Part shown: piece after piece, positions 41,825 to 51,820 of the stretch | How positions within the stretch are numbered: position 1 is the stretch's first letter | How the letters are laid out: every line of letters begins with the position of its first letter | Assembly (NCBI GenBank): GCA_938091905.1 | Contig: CALKOM010000096.1 | Span: 1-63,098, forward strand | DNA from: an uncultured Verrucomicrobiales bacterium | GTDB taxonomy: Bacteria > Verrucomicrobiota > Verrucomicrobiia > Verrucomicrobiales > DEV007 | Direction of reading: 5' to 3' | Length of the DNA stretch: 63,098 bases | Notes under the pieces: generated by a model | Databases searched by the model: none | What the model was told of the DNA's origin: nothing | What the model saw: only the letters and a program-made list of their open reading frames with translations | Program-made: the position numbers and the translations under genes

Positions 41825-42397
41825 TCAGGCGTCCCACTCAATGAGCTTGCGGTTGTTCCAGACGTAGTTCCATCCAGAGATCACGGTTGAGAGGAGTGTA
41901 AGACTAATCAGGATCGTTCCAACAATATGCGAGGATTCAAATAGGGGGGCGGCCGCTTGCAGAAGAGATTCTTGGGTGGCGAGGAAGAGAAATAAGTAAA
42001 TCGCAGTGACCATCTGCGTGATCGTCTTCCATTTGCCCAGGGCGTCTGCAGCTAGGACAGCACCTTGTGAGGAAGCCACGAGTCGGAGGCCCGTGACAAG
42101 AAATTCTCGCGTTAGGATGACAACAAGAGCCCAAGCAGGGAAGTGGCCTGCCGCGCATAGCATGACGAAGGCAGCCGCGACAAGTACTTTGTCAGCTAGC
42201 GGGTCCATCAGCTTCCCAAAGTTGGTGATGAGATTGCGCTCTCTAGCAATCTTACCGTCGAGGTAATCCGTGATCGAGGCGACAATGAAGAGAACGAGCG
42301 CGATCGTGTATTTGTAAGGGGCCTCAAGCGAAAGGACGGCGACAAATCCTAGCGTGATGAATAGGCGGGCGACTGTCAACTGATTGGGAAGGTTCAT
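41825..42397 (-). CDS. pgsA: CDP-diacylglycerol--glycerol-3-phosphate 3-phosphatidyltransferase
   Basis: MNLPNQLTVAR, TDYLDGKIAR..FGKLMDPLADK, REFLVTGLR and GKWKT motifs. Confidence 0.93.
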   Translation of the reverse strand: MNLPNQLTVARLFITLGFVAVLSLEAPYKYTIALVLFIVASITDYLDGKIARERNLITNFGKLMDPLADKVLVAAAFVMLCAAGHFPAWALVVILTREFLVTGLRLVASSQGAVLAADALGKWKTITQMVTAIYLFLFLATQESLLQAAAPLFESSHIVGTILISLTLLSTVISGWNYVWNNRKLIEWDA

Positions 42398-42786
42398 GAA
42401 GCAAAGATTGGCTCTTTCCAGATGGGAAGTGTGGTTTTAACGGCGCGAAGATAGTGCTGGCAAAGTCGGTACGCGCTTTCGCTGTGGGGTGAGGACACGC
42501 GCACCAGAACGGAGGGTTCTGCTACAGAGACAAAGCCTAGTCGGTGATGAAAGTCGAGTCCATGCTCTCCGAATTCGGATTGGGCCGCAGTGATCGTTTG
42601 GTCCAGCAGTTGCCTGGCCATTTCATCGTAACAGCTGTAGCGAATGCCGATCAAGGGGCGGCCCTCCTCCGATTCGCGGATGACGCCCAGAAACTGAAGG
42701 ACTGCACCGTGCTCGGAGGAGTAGGCAATGTCGGTGGCGTCGATCGAGGATTCATCGAGACGCTTGGTGATTCGGTAGCTTGGCAT
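42394..42786 (-). CDS. moaE: Molybdopterin synthase catalytic subunit
   Basis: GAVLQFLGVIR, Y.CYDEMA, HHRLG, SSPH and PIWKE motifs. Confidence 0.87.
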   Translation of the reverse strand: MPSYRITKRLDESSIDATDIAYSSEHGAVLQFLGVIRESEEGRPLIGIRYSCYDEMARQLLDQTITAAQSEFGEHGLDFHHRLGFVSVAEPSVLVRVSSPHSESAYRLCQHYLRAVKTTLPIWKEPIFAS

Positions 42787-42858
42787 GGGGAATATCCGTT
42801 GACTAGAGTCCTGCGGACAACAACTTACAGCCTCTCGGCAATCGAGATTCAAGTGTTT

Positions 42859-44283
42859 ATGAGTAAGAGTGATTTCGGATTGATTGGCCTCGCGGTGATG
42901 GGGCAGAACCTGGTGCTGAACGTTGAGAGTCGTGGATTCCGTGTGTCGGTCTACAATAGGACCACCTCGGTGACCGATGATTTCATTGCGGGAGAGGCTG
43001 AGGGCAGGAATGTCGAGGGTCATGCCGAGCTGAAGGATTTCGTCGAAAGTCTGTCCTCTCCGCGTAAGATCCAGATCATGGTCAAGGCCGGTGGGCCTGT
43101 GGATGCAGTGATCGAGAGCCTTCTTCCTCTCATCGACAAAGGCGATCTCATCATCGATGGCGGCAATTCGCTCTATACTGATACACAACGGCGGAGCGAA
43201 TATTTGGAAGAGAAGGGGATTCTCTTCGTGGGAGCTGGAGTCTCTGGCGGCGAAGAAGGTGCTTTGAAGGGACCAGCGATCATGCCGGGCGGGCCACTTG
43301 ATTCCTGGAAGATCATTGAACCCATCTTTACGGCGATTTCAGCCAAGGTGAATGGCGAGGCTTGCTGTCGTCACATGGGCGAAGGTGGCGCTGGGCACTA
43401 CGTCAAGATGGTTCATAACGGCATCGAATACGGTGACATGCAGCTCATCTGCGAGGCCTACAATCTGTTCAAGGCGGCGGGATTTACGGCTGAGGAGCAA
43501 GGTGAGATCTTTGAAGAATGGAACCGTGGGAAACTTGAAAGCTACCTGATTCAGATCACGGCCAAGGCTTTCACGATGAAAGACGAGGAAACAGGGCAAC
43601 CATTAGTTGAAGTCATCATGGACCGTGCTGGCCAGAAAGGTACGGGACGTTGGACGGTGCTCTCGGCGACGGAGCTTGGTTCTGTCATTTCTACGATTAA
43701 TGCAGCTGTGGAAGCACGCATTCTTTCTTCTTGGAAAGAGGATCGTGTCGAGGCCTCGGCACATCTGCAAGGCCCCACAGAGTTCAGCTCAACTCTGAGC
43801 AAGGAAGATCTCAAGAACAAGGTGCGTGATGCGCTCTTCGCTTCGAAGATCATCTCCTACGCTCAGGGCATGAACATGCTCCGTGCGGCGAGCGAGGAGC
43901 ATGGCTGGGGACTTAATATGGGAGACATTGCTAGTGTTTGGCGCGGTGGTTGTATCATTCGTGCTCAGTTTCTGAACAACATAAAGGAAGCCTATGAAAA
44001 GGCTCCAGATTTGAAGAACTTAATGCTGGACGGCTATTTTAAGAGAATCCTAAATACGAATCAATCCGCTTGGCGTGAGGTTGTCGCGGTGGCGGTGAGC
44101 AATGGTATTCCAGTGCCTGCCTTCAGCGCCTCACTTGCGTATTATGATAGCTATCGTTCTGATAGGCTGCCAGCGAACTTGCTTCAGGCGCAGCGAGACT
44201 ACTTCGGGGCACACACCTACGAACGGACGGATAAGCCGGTGGGAGAATTCTTCCATACGGAGTGGCCCGAGGTGATCGATTAG
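42859..44283 (+). CDS. gnd: NADP-dependent 6-phosphogluconate dehydrogenase (decarboxylating)
   Basis: GLIGLAVMGQNL, IDGGNS, VSGGEEGA, KMVHNGIEYGDMQ, QKGTG and QRDYFGAHTY motifs. Confidence 0.96.
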   Translation: MSKSDFGLIGLAVMGQNLVLNVESRGFRVSVYNRTTSVTDDFIAGEAEGRNVEGHAELKDFVESLSSPRKIQIMVKAGGPVDAVIESLLPLIDKGDLIIDGGNSLYTDTQRRSEYLEEKGILFVGAGVSGGEEGALKGPAIMPGGPLDSWKIIEPIFTAISAKVNGEACCRHMGEGGAGHYVKMVHNGIEYGDMQLICEAYNLFKAAGFTAEEQGEIFEEWNRGKLESYLIQITAKAFTMKDEETGQPLVEVIMDRAGQKGTGRWTVLSATELGSVISTINAAVEARILSSWKEDRVEASAHLQGPTEFSSTLSKEDLKNKVRDALFASKIISYAQGMNMLRAASEEHGWGLNMGDIASVWRGGCIIRAQFLNNIKEAYEKAPDLKNLMLDGYFKRILNTNQSAWREVVAVAVSNGIPVPAFSASLAYYDSYRSDRLPANLLQAQRDYFGAHTYERTDKPVGEFFHTEWPEVID

Positions 44284-44474
44284 TTCTACGTTGACCGATT
44301 CGTTTTGATGCGCGGATCACTAACAGCGCCTGTGACTGCGAATAGGTGATCCATGAAGTAGCAAGGCTTTATTCCCGTGACTCTGTCGGGATGCCAGAGC
44401 TACATTTACCAAATACTCCAAAGTAGACTCAGCAAAGGATTAGTGAGGACGAGAACGATTTTAAAGTACAGACC

Positions 44475-47225
44475 ATGAGTAAGAAGAACGCTTACAAGGA
44501 TACCCTTAATTTACCGAACACAGATTTCCCGATGCGGGCAGATTTGGTCAAACGTGAACCTACACGCCTTGATGATTGGGAAAAGCAGGATCTCTACCAC
44601 AAGGTTCAGGCCAAGCGCCAGGCGGATGGTTGCCCTAAGTTCATTCTTCATGATGGGCCTCCTTTTGCGAATGGCGATGTCCACATGGGCACGGCGCTGA
44701 ACAAGTTGCTCAAGGACTTCATTCTCAAGTCGCGCAGCATGAGTGGCTTTGAGACGCCTTACATCCCAGGTTGGGACTGCCACGGGTTGCCGATTGAGTT
44801 TAAGGTTGTTAAGCAGGCGAAAGGGTTAGAGCCTGCGGAGATTCGGCGCCGGTCGGAGAAGTTTGCCCGCGAGTACATTGATATTCAACGCAAGTCCTTT
44901 AAACGTCTTGGTGTGCTAGGGGATTGGGAGAATCCCTATCTCACGCTCGATCCCAAGTACGAAGCCGATATCATCCGGGTCTTCGCTAAGTTTGTCGAGC
45001 GAGACATGGTCTATCAAAGCAAGAAGCCTGTTTCCTGGAGCTATGGAGCGCAGACGGCACTAGCCGAAGCTGAAGTGGATTACGAAGATAAAACTTCCCC
45101 AGCCGTCTTCGTAAAGTTTCCTCTGTTGAGCGATCGGTTAGGCGAAGGGGCCTCGATGGTCATCTGGACGACGACGCCGTGGACGTTACCCGCCAACTTG
45201 GCCATCGCTGTGCATGAGCGCTTTGAGTATAACGTGGACGAATTCGTCCACGAAGATGGTCGTAGCGAACGTCTCGTGATTACGAAGGACCTGATTGATT
45301 CCTTTGGCGAAATGACAGGCTTCAAACCTGCGGGCGGCGCGGATGCCCGTGTGATTAAGGGTGCGGAAGTCGAGGGGCTAGAGGCTGAGCATCCTTTCTT
45401 GGATCGTGTCTCGAAAATTATTACCGCAAACTTTGTCACCGCAGAAACTGGAACGGGAGCAGTGCACATCGCTCCCGGTCACGGTCAGGATGACTATGTG
45501 GCAGGCTTGCAACATGGGTTGGAGATTCTTTCTCCGGTCGATGATGCGGGCCTCTTTACTGACGAAGCTGGCGTGCCAGAGCTTGTGGGCGTTCACGTGT
45601 TCAAGGGAAACGCGATGGTCATCGAGATTCTCGAGTCTAAGGAGGCTTTGTTAGGCCAACACGATCACAAGCACTCTTATCCGTTCTGCTGGCGTTCCAA
45701 GACGCCGATCATCTTCCGTGCGGTGGAACAGTTCTTCATCCGCATTGATGATATTCGCAGCCAAGCGTTGGAGGAAATTCAAAAAGCGACATGGATGCCA
45801 GCTTGGGGCAAGAATCGTATTTCTGGGACCGTAGAAGCACGTCCAGACTGGTGCATCTCGCGTCAACGAACTTGGGGTGTGCCTCTACCCGTATTCCGCA
45901 AGCCTGATGGCGAGTGGATCATTGATCCAGCGATCGCTCGCAAGGTTGCTGACATCACGGAGACCGAAGGAACGAATGCGTGGTTTGAACTCAGTGACGC
46001 CGAGTGGGCGACGCGGCTAGGCTTGCCCGAGGGCACGAGGAAGGGGGGGGATACCCTGGATGTGTGGATCGATTCAGGAAGTAGTCATGTGGCGGTGTTA
46101 GATAGACGTGCGGAACTTCATCGGCCTGCGGACGTCTATATTGAAGCGACGGATCAGCATCGCGGCTGGTTCCAGTCTTCACTGATGGTCAGCATGGCGA
46201 CAAATGATGCGGCCCCTTACAAGACGGTCATTACTCATGGATTCGTGGTAGATACGTCGGGGAAGAAGCTGGCCAAGTCGGGTGACAAGCCGATCAATGC
46301 CCACCATTTCTACGATAAGTTTGGTGCCGACAATGTACGCCTCTGGGCGGCAAGTGTGGATTACAATAATGAGGTGCCGTTCTCGGAAGATCTCTTTGAG
46401 CAAGTAGTGGATGCTTATCGTCGCATTCGCAATACAGTTAGAGTGTTATTGGGTAATCTCCAGGATTTTGATGCGGCGAAGAATGCAGTGCCCTTTGCTG
46501 AAATGACGTTGATCGATCAGTGGATCCTTACGCGGTTGCAGCAGGTAACAGCGAATTGCCGCGAAGCCTACGACGGCTATGAATTCCGGAAGGTCTACAA
46601 CGAACTTAACCAATTCTGTGCTGTCGATCTCAGTAGTCTCTACGTCGATATTACTAAGGATCGCCTCTATTGTGATGCCGTTGATAGTCCACGTCGACGC
46701 GCCTCTCAGACGGCGATGGCGACGATCATGGATACGATGTGTCGCTTGCTGGCCCCTCTGATTTCATTCACCGCAGACGAAGCTTGGGAAGCGATGGGGC
46801 ACGAAAACTCAGTGCATTTCGAAGTCTTTCCCGAGGCGGATTCGATAGAATCCTCGCCGGAGGCTCTGGCTCAAATTGAAGGCCTCATCGAGAGCCGTCA
46901 CGTTATTCAGAAGGCCATTGAGGAAGCGCGGCAAGCCAAGACAATCGCTCGCAATGACGAGGCTGTTATCGAATTGGTCGCCCCGAAAGACGCTGTCGTT
47001 CACCAGCTCGCCGATCAGTTAGACTTGTTGAAAGAGTTCTTCATTGTCAGTGATCTCAAGGTCGTGGAAGGGGACGTGCACCGTGCGGCTGTGAGTTCTA
47101 GCGGCGCTGGCAAGTGTGCTCGTTGTTGGCGATACGTGAGCGATGTGGGCAACGATGCCACTCATCCCGAACTCTGTGGGCGATGCGTTGGGGCTTTGCC
47201 ACTGGGCTTCACCGTGGTTAGTTAG
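44475..47225 (+). CDS. ileS: Isoleucine--tRNA ligase (type 1)
   Basis: HDGPPFANG, GWDCHGLPIE, WTTTPWTLP, GTGAVH, DWCISRQR, DQHRGWF and a C-terminal CARC..CGRC Zn motif. Confidence 0.96.
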   Translation: MSKKNAYKDTLNLPNTDFPMRADLVKREPTRLDDWEKQDLYHKVQAKRQADGCPKFILHDGPPFANGDVHMGTALNKLLKDFILKSRSMSGFETPYIPGWDCHGLPIEFKVVKQAKGLEPAEIRRRSEKFAREYIDIQRKSFKRLGVLGDWENPYLTLDPKYEADIIRVFAKFVERDMVYQSKKPVSWSYGAQTALAEAEVDYEDKTSPAVFVKFPLLSDRLGEGASMVIWTTTPWTLPANLAIAVHERFEYNVDEFVHEDGRSERLVITKDLIDSFGEMTGFKPAGGADARVIKGAEVEGLEAEHPFLDRVSKIITANFVTAETGTGAVHIAPGHGQDDYVAGLQHGLEILSPVDDAGLFTDEAGVPELVGVHVFKGNAMVIEILESKEALLGQHDHKHSYPFCWRSKTPIIFRAVEQFFIRIDDIRSQALEEIQKATWMPAWGKNRISGTVEARPDWCISRQRTWGVPLPVFRKPDGEWIIDPAIARKVADITETEGTNAWFELSDAEWATRLGLPEGTRKGGDTLDVWIDSGSSHVAVLDRRAELHRPADVYIEATDQHRGWFQSSLMVSMATNDAAPYKTVITHGFVVDTSGKKLAKSGDKPINAHHFYDKFGADNVRLWAASVDYNNEVPFSEDLFEQVVDAYRRIRNTVRVLLGNLQDFDAAKNAVPFAEMTLIDQWILTRLQQVTANCREAYDGYEFRKVYNELNQFCAVDLSSLYVDITKDRLYCDAVDSPRRRASQTAMATIMDTMCRLLAPLISFTADEAWEAMGHENSVHFEVFPEADSIESSPEALAQIEGLIESRHVIQKAIEEARQAKTIARNDEAVIELVAPKDAVVHQLADQLDLLKEFFIVSDLKVVEGDVHRAAVSSSGAGKCARCWRYVSDVGNDATHPELCGRCVGALPLGFTVVS

Positions 47226-47237
47226 GATTTCAGAACG

Positions 47238-47753
47238 ATGCCTTTTCTAAAATACTTTTTCTGCCTATCGCTGCCGCTTTACGTGCTCGATCAGATCACG
47301 AAATGGTTGATCGTTTGGAACTACAAAGAACCAAATCTTCAGCTCCATTTGGTTGATAGAACAGAAGTTATTCCTGGTTTTTTTGAGATTGTTAGGGTTC
47401 ATAATACTGGAGTGGCCTTTGGTCGCTTCAATGGCGAGGCTTGGGCAAACTACGTCTTTGGGGCCGTGGCGTTTGGAGCATTGGTTGTTATTGGTATCCT
47501 TTGGCGGAAGGGGGCTTTCCCGATCAAGACGAGTCAGCTCGCGATCTTTCTTCTCTTCCCAGGAATTCTTGGCAACCTCACGGATCGCTTTGTCCACGGC
47601 TATGTCGTGGACTTCCTCAGCTTTGACCTGTGGTTTATGGTGTGGCCTTCATTCAATGTCGCAGATGCCTGCATCTGCGTGGCCGCGGGTTTACTTGCCA
47701 TTTCGGCTTTCCTTGAGCCGAGGGTGGCGAAGGCCACGGCGGAAGAAGGGTAG
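47238..47753 (+). CDS. lspA: Signal peptidase II
   Basis: DQITK, NTGVAFG, GNLTDR, GYVVDF and FNVAD motifs; follows ileS. Confidence 0.95.
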   Translation: MPFLKYFFCLSLPLYVLDQITKWLIVWNYKEPNLQLHLVDRTEVIPGFFEIVRVHNTGVAFGRFNGEAWANYVFGAVAFGALVVIGILWRKGAFPIKTSQLAIFLLFPGILGNLTDRFVHGYVVDFLSFDLWFMVWPSFNVADACICVAAGLLAISAFLEPRVAKATAEEG

Positions 47754-48751
47754 ACCAAGCGGGCTCTAGAGTTGTATTGGATTCGTGGCTTGTGGAGGGC
47801 GGCGGCCATGAAGAGGGCTTACTATTTCGGAATCTGGATGAGCTTCGCGGGTTTAGGAGGCTTAGTAGTTGTGGCAGGAGGCGAGGAACAGCGCGTTGTC
47901 ACGAAAGATTATCTCGTCAAGAAAGCAAAGACGGTCGAGTGGGCGACTTTGGAAGGAGCGACGGATTCCAAGCTTCGTGTCGTTACGTTAAAAGGCGCGC
48001 CCGGGCTCCAACAGCTAACAGGTGTTTATGGGGTGGCACCGAGCCCATACGGTCTGGTGGAAACACGGCGATTAGCGGTCGCGCCAAGAATGGTATGATG
48101 AGCACCGTTGCGGTGAGCGAATCGCTAATGGTGATGCCAGGGGTGGTGATGGGGCGGTTTGGGGATCGCATTACCTTGATGGGTGGTGACGAGGTAGAAG
48201 CGTGAACTTGTGCGGATATCACCCAAGAGAAACTGGGCGGAGAGATGGTCGCGGGAACGGGAGCGACAAAGCTCGGGCTGGGAAACTTTCTTTGAAAGAA
48301 GGAGCAAGGGGATGGCGGGGATCAGGGATTGTTGAAAGTGATTCCTCACCGGCAGGCGGATTTCTATGATCTGAAGGGGCGTATGAAGCGGCTAAGCTTC
48401 CTCTGCGAATCTTGCATAGAACGTAAGAGGAGAATGCGGATGGTGGAGTGATTGAGGCCGCGATGGTTTGGTTTCCCTCGTCTTTTCCGGTTCTGGCAGA
48501 GAGAGAGAGAAGATCTTCATTATGATCAGTTGTCTCCAGTTACCGTGGTGATTGGAGTGGGCATGAATCTCACGGCCAAGGATATTGGTTTCGAGAGCTT
48601 CCTTGATTTATCCAAGCCTCTGAAGACCAGGGTATTGGAATAACCACATCGCACTTTGTTCGCCGATCCGAACTGGATTCTCTCTTCTCGCTTGCGTGTC
48701 TACGAGAGCGCTTTAAAGAGACGGCAGTTTTCTTTCTAGACAGCTCGAAAC

Positions 48752-49774
48752 ATGAGAATCGCAGTGGATGCCATGGGAGGCGATTACGCTCCCGAGAATA
48801 TCATCGAGGGAGTGGGACTTGCTGTGGAGCGGTATCCGCAGGTCGAACGATTTTATTTGGTGGGAGACGAGGCCCGGGTCAAGGAGCTGGCTGATCAGCA
48901 TCGGTTGCCTGCAGGTCGAATCGAAGTCGTGCATGCGTCACAAGTCGTGGAAATGAGTGATTCGGCCGCCTTGTCTGTTCGCCGCAAACGTGACTCGTCA
49001 GTGTCCGTGGCGACCGAGATCGTCAAAAGAGGCGACGCCCAGGCGATCATCAGCGCTGGGCACACTGGAGCAGCGGTTGCCGCGACGACGGTGAAGCTAC
49101 GCCTGTTGCAGGGTGTCTCTCGACCGGGAATTGCCTCGCCGCTGCCCAATGATCACGGTGTCTGTAATATCCTAGATGCAGGGGCGAATACCGATGCGAA
49201 GGCCAGGCACCTACTCGACTATGGCATCATGGGTAGCGTCTATGCGAAGCACGTTTTGGGAGTGGAAGATCCTAAGGTGGGTCTCATGTCGGTAGGAGAA
49301 GAAGATGAGAAGGGCACCGAGTTTACAAAGAAAGTGTTTGGGATGCTAAAGGAAGCCGATGTCAATTTCATTGGGAACGTGGAAGGCCACGATCTTTTTG
49401 AGAAGCCGATCGATATCGTGGTATGCGACGGCTTTACTGGAAACGTTATCCTGAAGAGTTGCGAGGCCACAGCGAAGGCCATGTTCACCTGGTTGAAGAA
49501 AGAACTCAAGAGCACGCCGATTCGCTATGTGGGAGCAATGTTAGCTAAGGGGGCTTTCAAAGCGGTGAAAGAGCGGAGCAACTACGAGACCTACGGAGGA
49601 TCCCCATTGTTGGGAGTGAAGGGCGTTGTTATCATCGCCCACGGAGGCAGTTCGCCGCTGGCAATCTGTAACGCGGTGCGAGTCGCCGTGGAGGCTGTGT
49701 CCCATGAACTGAATCCGCACATCGAAAAAGAAATCGAACGTTACGACAAGGCCAATGCCCGAGATCACGAATAA
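48752..49774 (+). CDS. plsX: Phosphate acyltransferase
   Basis: IAVDAMGGDYAP, SAGHTGA, LDAGAN, DGFTGN and IAHG motifs. Confidence 0.96.
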   Translation: MRIAVDAMGGDYAPENIIEGVGLAVERYPQVERFYLVGDEARVKELADQHRLPAGRIEVVHASQVVEMSDSAALSVRRKRDSSVSVATEIVKRGDAQAIISAGHTGAAVAATTVKLRLLQGVSRPGIASPLPNDHGVCNILDAGANTDAKARHLLDYGIMGSVYAKHVLGVEDPKVGLMSVGEEDEKGTEFTKKVFGMLKEADVNFIGNVEGHDLFEKPIDIVVCDGFTGNVILKSCEATAKAMFTWLKKELKSTPIRYVGAMLAKGAFKAVKERSNYETYGGSPLLGVKGVVIIAHGGSSPLAICNAVRVAVEAVSHELNPHIEKEIERYDKANARDHE

Positions 49775-50765
49775 TCCCAACCTAGATAGTATCCGTATTG
49801 CTGGCACGGGTAGCTATGTTCCCGAGAAGATTCTCACCAATGACGATCTTGCTAAGAGGGTGGACACGTCAGACGAATGGATCGTTTCACGCACGGGCAT
49901 CAGGGAGCGTCGCATTGCCTCAGATGCCGAAGCGACCAGTGATCTAGCCACGAATGCTGCCAGGAAAGCGATGGAACAGGCTGGAGTTGATGCTGAAGAG
50001 CTCGATCTTATCATTGTTGCTACGATTTCGCCAGACACTTTCTTCCCGGCCACGGCCTGCTACGTGCAGCGGAACTTGGGAGCAAAGAATGCGGTCTGCT
50101 TTGATGTTTCAGCTGCTTGCTCGGGCTTTCTTTATGCGATGTCGATCGCTCGTCAGTTTATCAGTACGCGGTCTGCTCACAAAGCGCTTATCATCGGAGC
50201 AGAGAAGCTTAGCAGTATGGTGAACTGGGAGGATCGCAACACGTGTGTGCTCTTTGGTGACGGTGCGGGGGCTGCCGTGATCACTCGCGCAGAAGGCGGG
50301 GATTCTGGAGTCATGTCGACTTACATGGGAAGTGATGGAAATCAGACGGATATCTTGGTCGTGCCGGGTGGGGGATCGGCATGTCCAATCACTCCTAGCA
50401 ATGCTGAGCAGCGTTTGAACACGATCAGTATGCAAGGTAGAGAGGTGTATCGCTATGCAGTTACCGCGATGCGTGGTGCCTGTGATAGGGTGATGGCGGA
50501 TGCTAAACTGAAGTCTGAGGATATCTCCATGGTGATACCGCATCAGGCGAATCTCCGGATCATTGACGCAATTCGCGAACGCCTGGATGTGCCGCAAGAG
50601 AAGATGTTTGTGAATCTAGAGAAGTATGGAAATACCTCCGCGGCAGCGATTGCAATTGCCTTGGACGAAGCAAATCGCACGGGGGCGATTAAGCGTGGCG
50701 ACAAGATCGTTCTTGTGGCGTTCGGGGCAGGTCTGACTTGGGCCGCAGCAGCGATTCATTGGTAG
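49755..50765 (+). CDS. fabH: Beta-ketoacyl-ACP synthase III
   Basis: DTSDEWI..RTGI, AACSGF, LFGDGAGA, PHQAN and GNTS motifs. Confidence 0.96.
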   Translation: MPEITNNPNLDSIRIAGTGSYVPEKILTNDDLAKRVDTSDEWIVSRTGIRERRIASDAEATSDLATNAARKAMEQAGVDAEELDLIIVATISPDTFFPATACYVQRNLGAKNAVCFDVSAACSGFLYAMSIARQFISTRSAHKALIIGAEKLSSMVNWEDRNTCVLFGDGAGAAVITRAEGGDSGVMSTYMGSDGNQTDILVVPGGGSACPITPSNAEQRLNTISMQGREVYRYAVTAMRGACDRVMADAKLKSEDISMVIPHQANLRIIDAIRERLDVPQEKMFVNLEKYGNTSAAAIAIALDEANRTGAIKRGDKIVLVAFGAGLTWAAAAIHW

Positions 50766-50800
50766 ATGATTGCGAGTGCGTTCATTGAAAACCGGTTGCT

Positions 50801-51613
50801 ATGCTAATTGATTCCCACTGTCATCTGGCGAGCTATAAGTATGCTCACGATGAACTCGATCAGGTCGTTGCCAACGCCGAAGCGGCGGGAGTGACCCGTA
50901 TGGTATCGATCGGTACCGATCTTGAAGACGGTGTTGCGTGCATTGCTCTAGCGGAGCGCTTTTCTGGTGTGTATGCTGCAGTTGGGATTCATCCGTGTTC
51001 GGTGACCGAGATCGAAGCCGACGATTGGTTAGAGCAGATTGAGAAACTTGCGATGCATCCGAAGGTCGTCGCGATCGGAGAAATTGGCCTGGACTATTTC
51101 CATGGTGCTCCCAAGGGGTGGAATGACGAGGACTATCGCGATCGTCAGAAGGAGTTCTTTACCAAGCAGCTCGATCTTGCTTCGAAGCTTGGGAAAAACG
51201 TGATCGTACATAATCGGGATCGCAGCGAGAAAGTCCGGCCGTGTTGGGATGAGACGCTACAGACCATCCTGCCTTATAGTGGACGGCTACGTGCTGTCCT
51301 ACACTGTCACACGAGTGACTGGGAATCCGCGAAGCCCCTGGTTGATCGAGGTCATCTCATTTCGTTCACGGGAATCGTGACCTACAAGAGTGCGGCGGTC
51401 GTTCTCGAAGCGGCGTCAGTCGCTGGTGCTGGTCAGTTTATGGTGGAAACAGATGCTCCTTACTTGGCGCCTGTGCCGCATCGAGGTGGTCGATGTGAGC
51501 CTGGCTATACCCGCGACATCGCCGAGTGTATTGCTAAAGCGCGGAGTGAGTCTATCGAGTCCCTGGCCACTCATACCACCGAAACGGCCGAGCGATTCTT
51601 CGAGCTATCCTGA
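50801..51613 (+). CDS. tatD: TatD family hydrolase
   Basis: IDSHCHL, GIHP, IGEIGLDY, VHNR, LHC and ETDAPYLAP motifs. Confidence 0.9.
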   Translation: MLIDSHCHLASYKYAHDELDQVVANAEAAGVTRMVSIGTDLEDGVACIALAERFSGVYAAVGIHPCSVTEIEADDWLEQIEKLAMHPKVVAIGEIGLDYFHGAPKGWNDEDYRDRQKEFFTKQLDLASKLGKNVIVHNRDRSEKVRPCWDETLQTILPYSGRLRAVLHCHTSDWESAKPLVDRGHLISFTGIVTYKSAAVVLEAASVAGAGQFMVETDAPYLAPVPHRGGRCEPGYTRDIAECIAKARSESIESLATHTTETAERFFELS

Positions 51614-51820
51614 ATAATCCGACAGACAGCTACCCTTTGTCATTCCTGCAAGGTGACCACGAACGACGGAAGTCACTGAGGATCTTGGAGATGTGATATT
51701 GAGATAGGTGTATATGGCGTTTGCGTTGGATGCAATTCGTATGAAGACTACAAACCTATGGAGGATACAGGGCTAGAAATGTCTGGCAATGGTGGAGGCG
51801 GGTTCTACGTTCCTGGATAC

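Noticed and set aside
42394..43188. Extended overlapping ORFs 42544..44283(+) and 42394..43188(-)
   Set aside because: These are antisense shadows. Homology starts at 42859 (gnd) and 42786 (moaE), leaving a normal divergent gap.
44284..44474. T-box riboswitch upstream of ileS
   Set aside because: No UGGNACC antiterminator bulge or recognisable specifier stem was seen; kept only as an unclassified structure.
46043..46050. G8 tract as a phase-variation switch
   Set aside because: It lies in frame within essential ileS (K-G-G-D), where slippage would be lethal.
50801..51613. TatD as the missing EboB
   Set aside because: It has ordinary housekeeping TatD motifs, sits after fabH and is ~45 kb from eboE.
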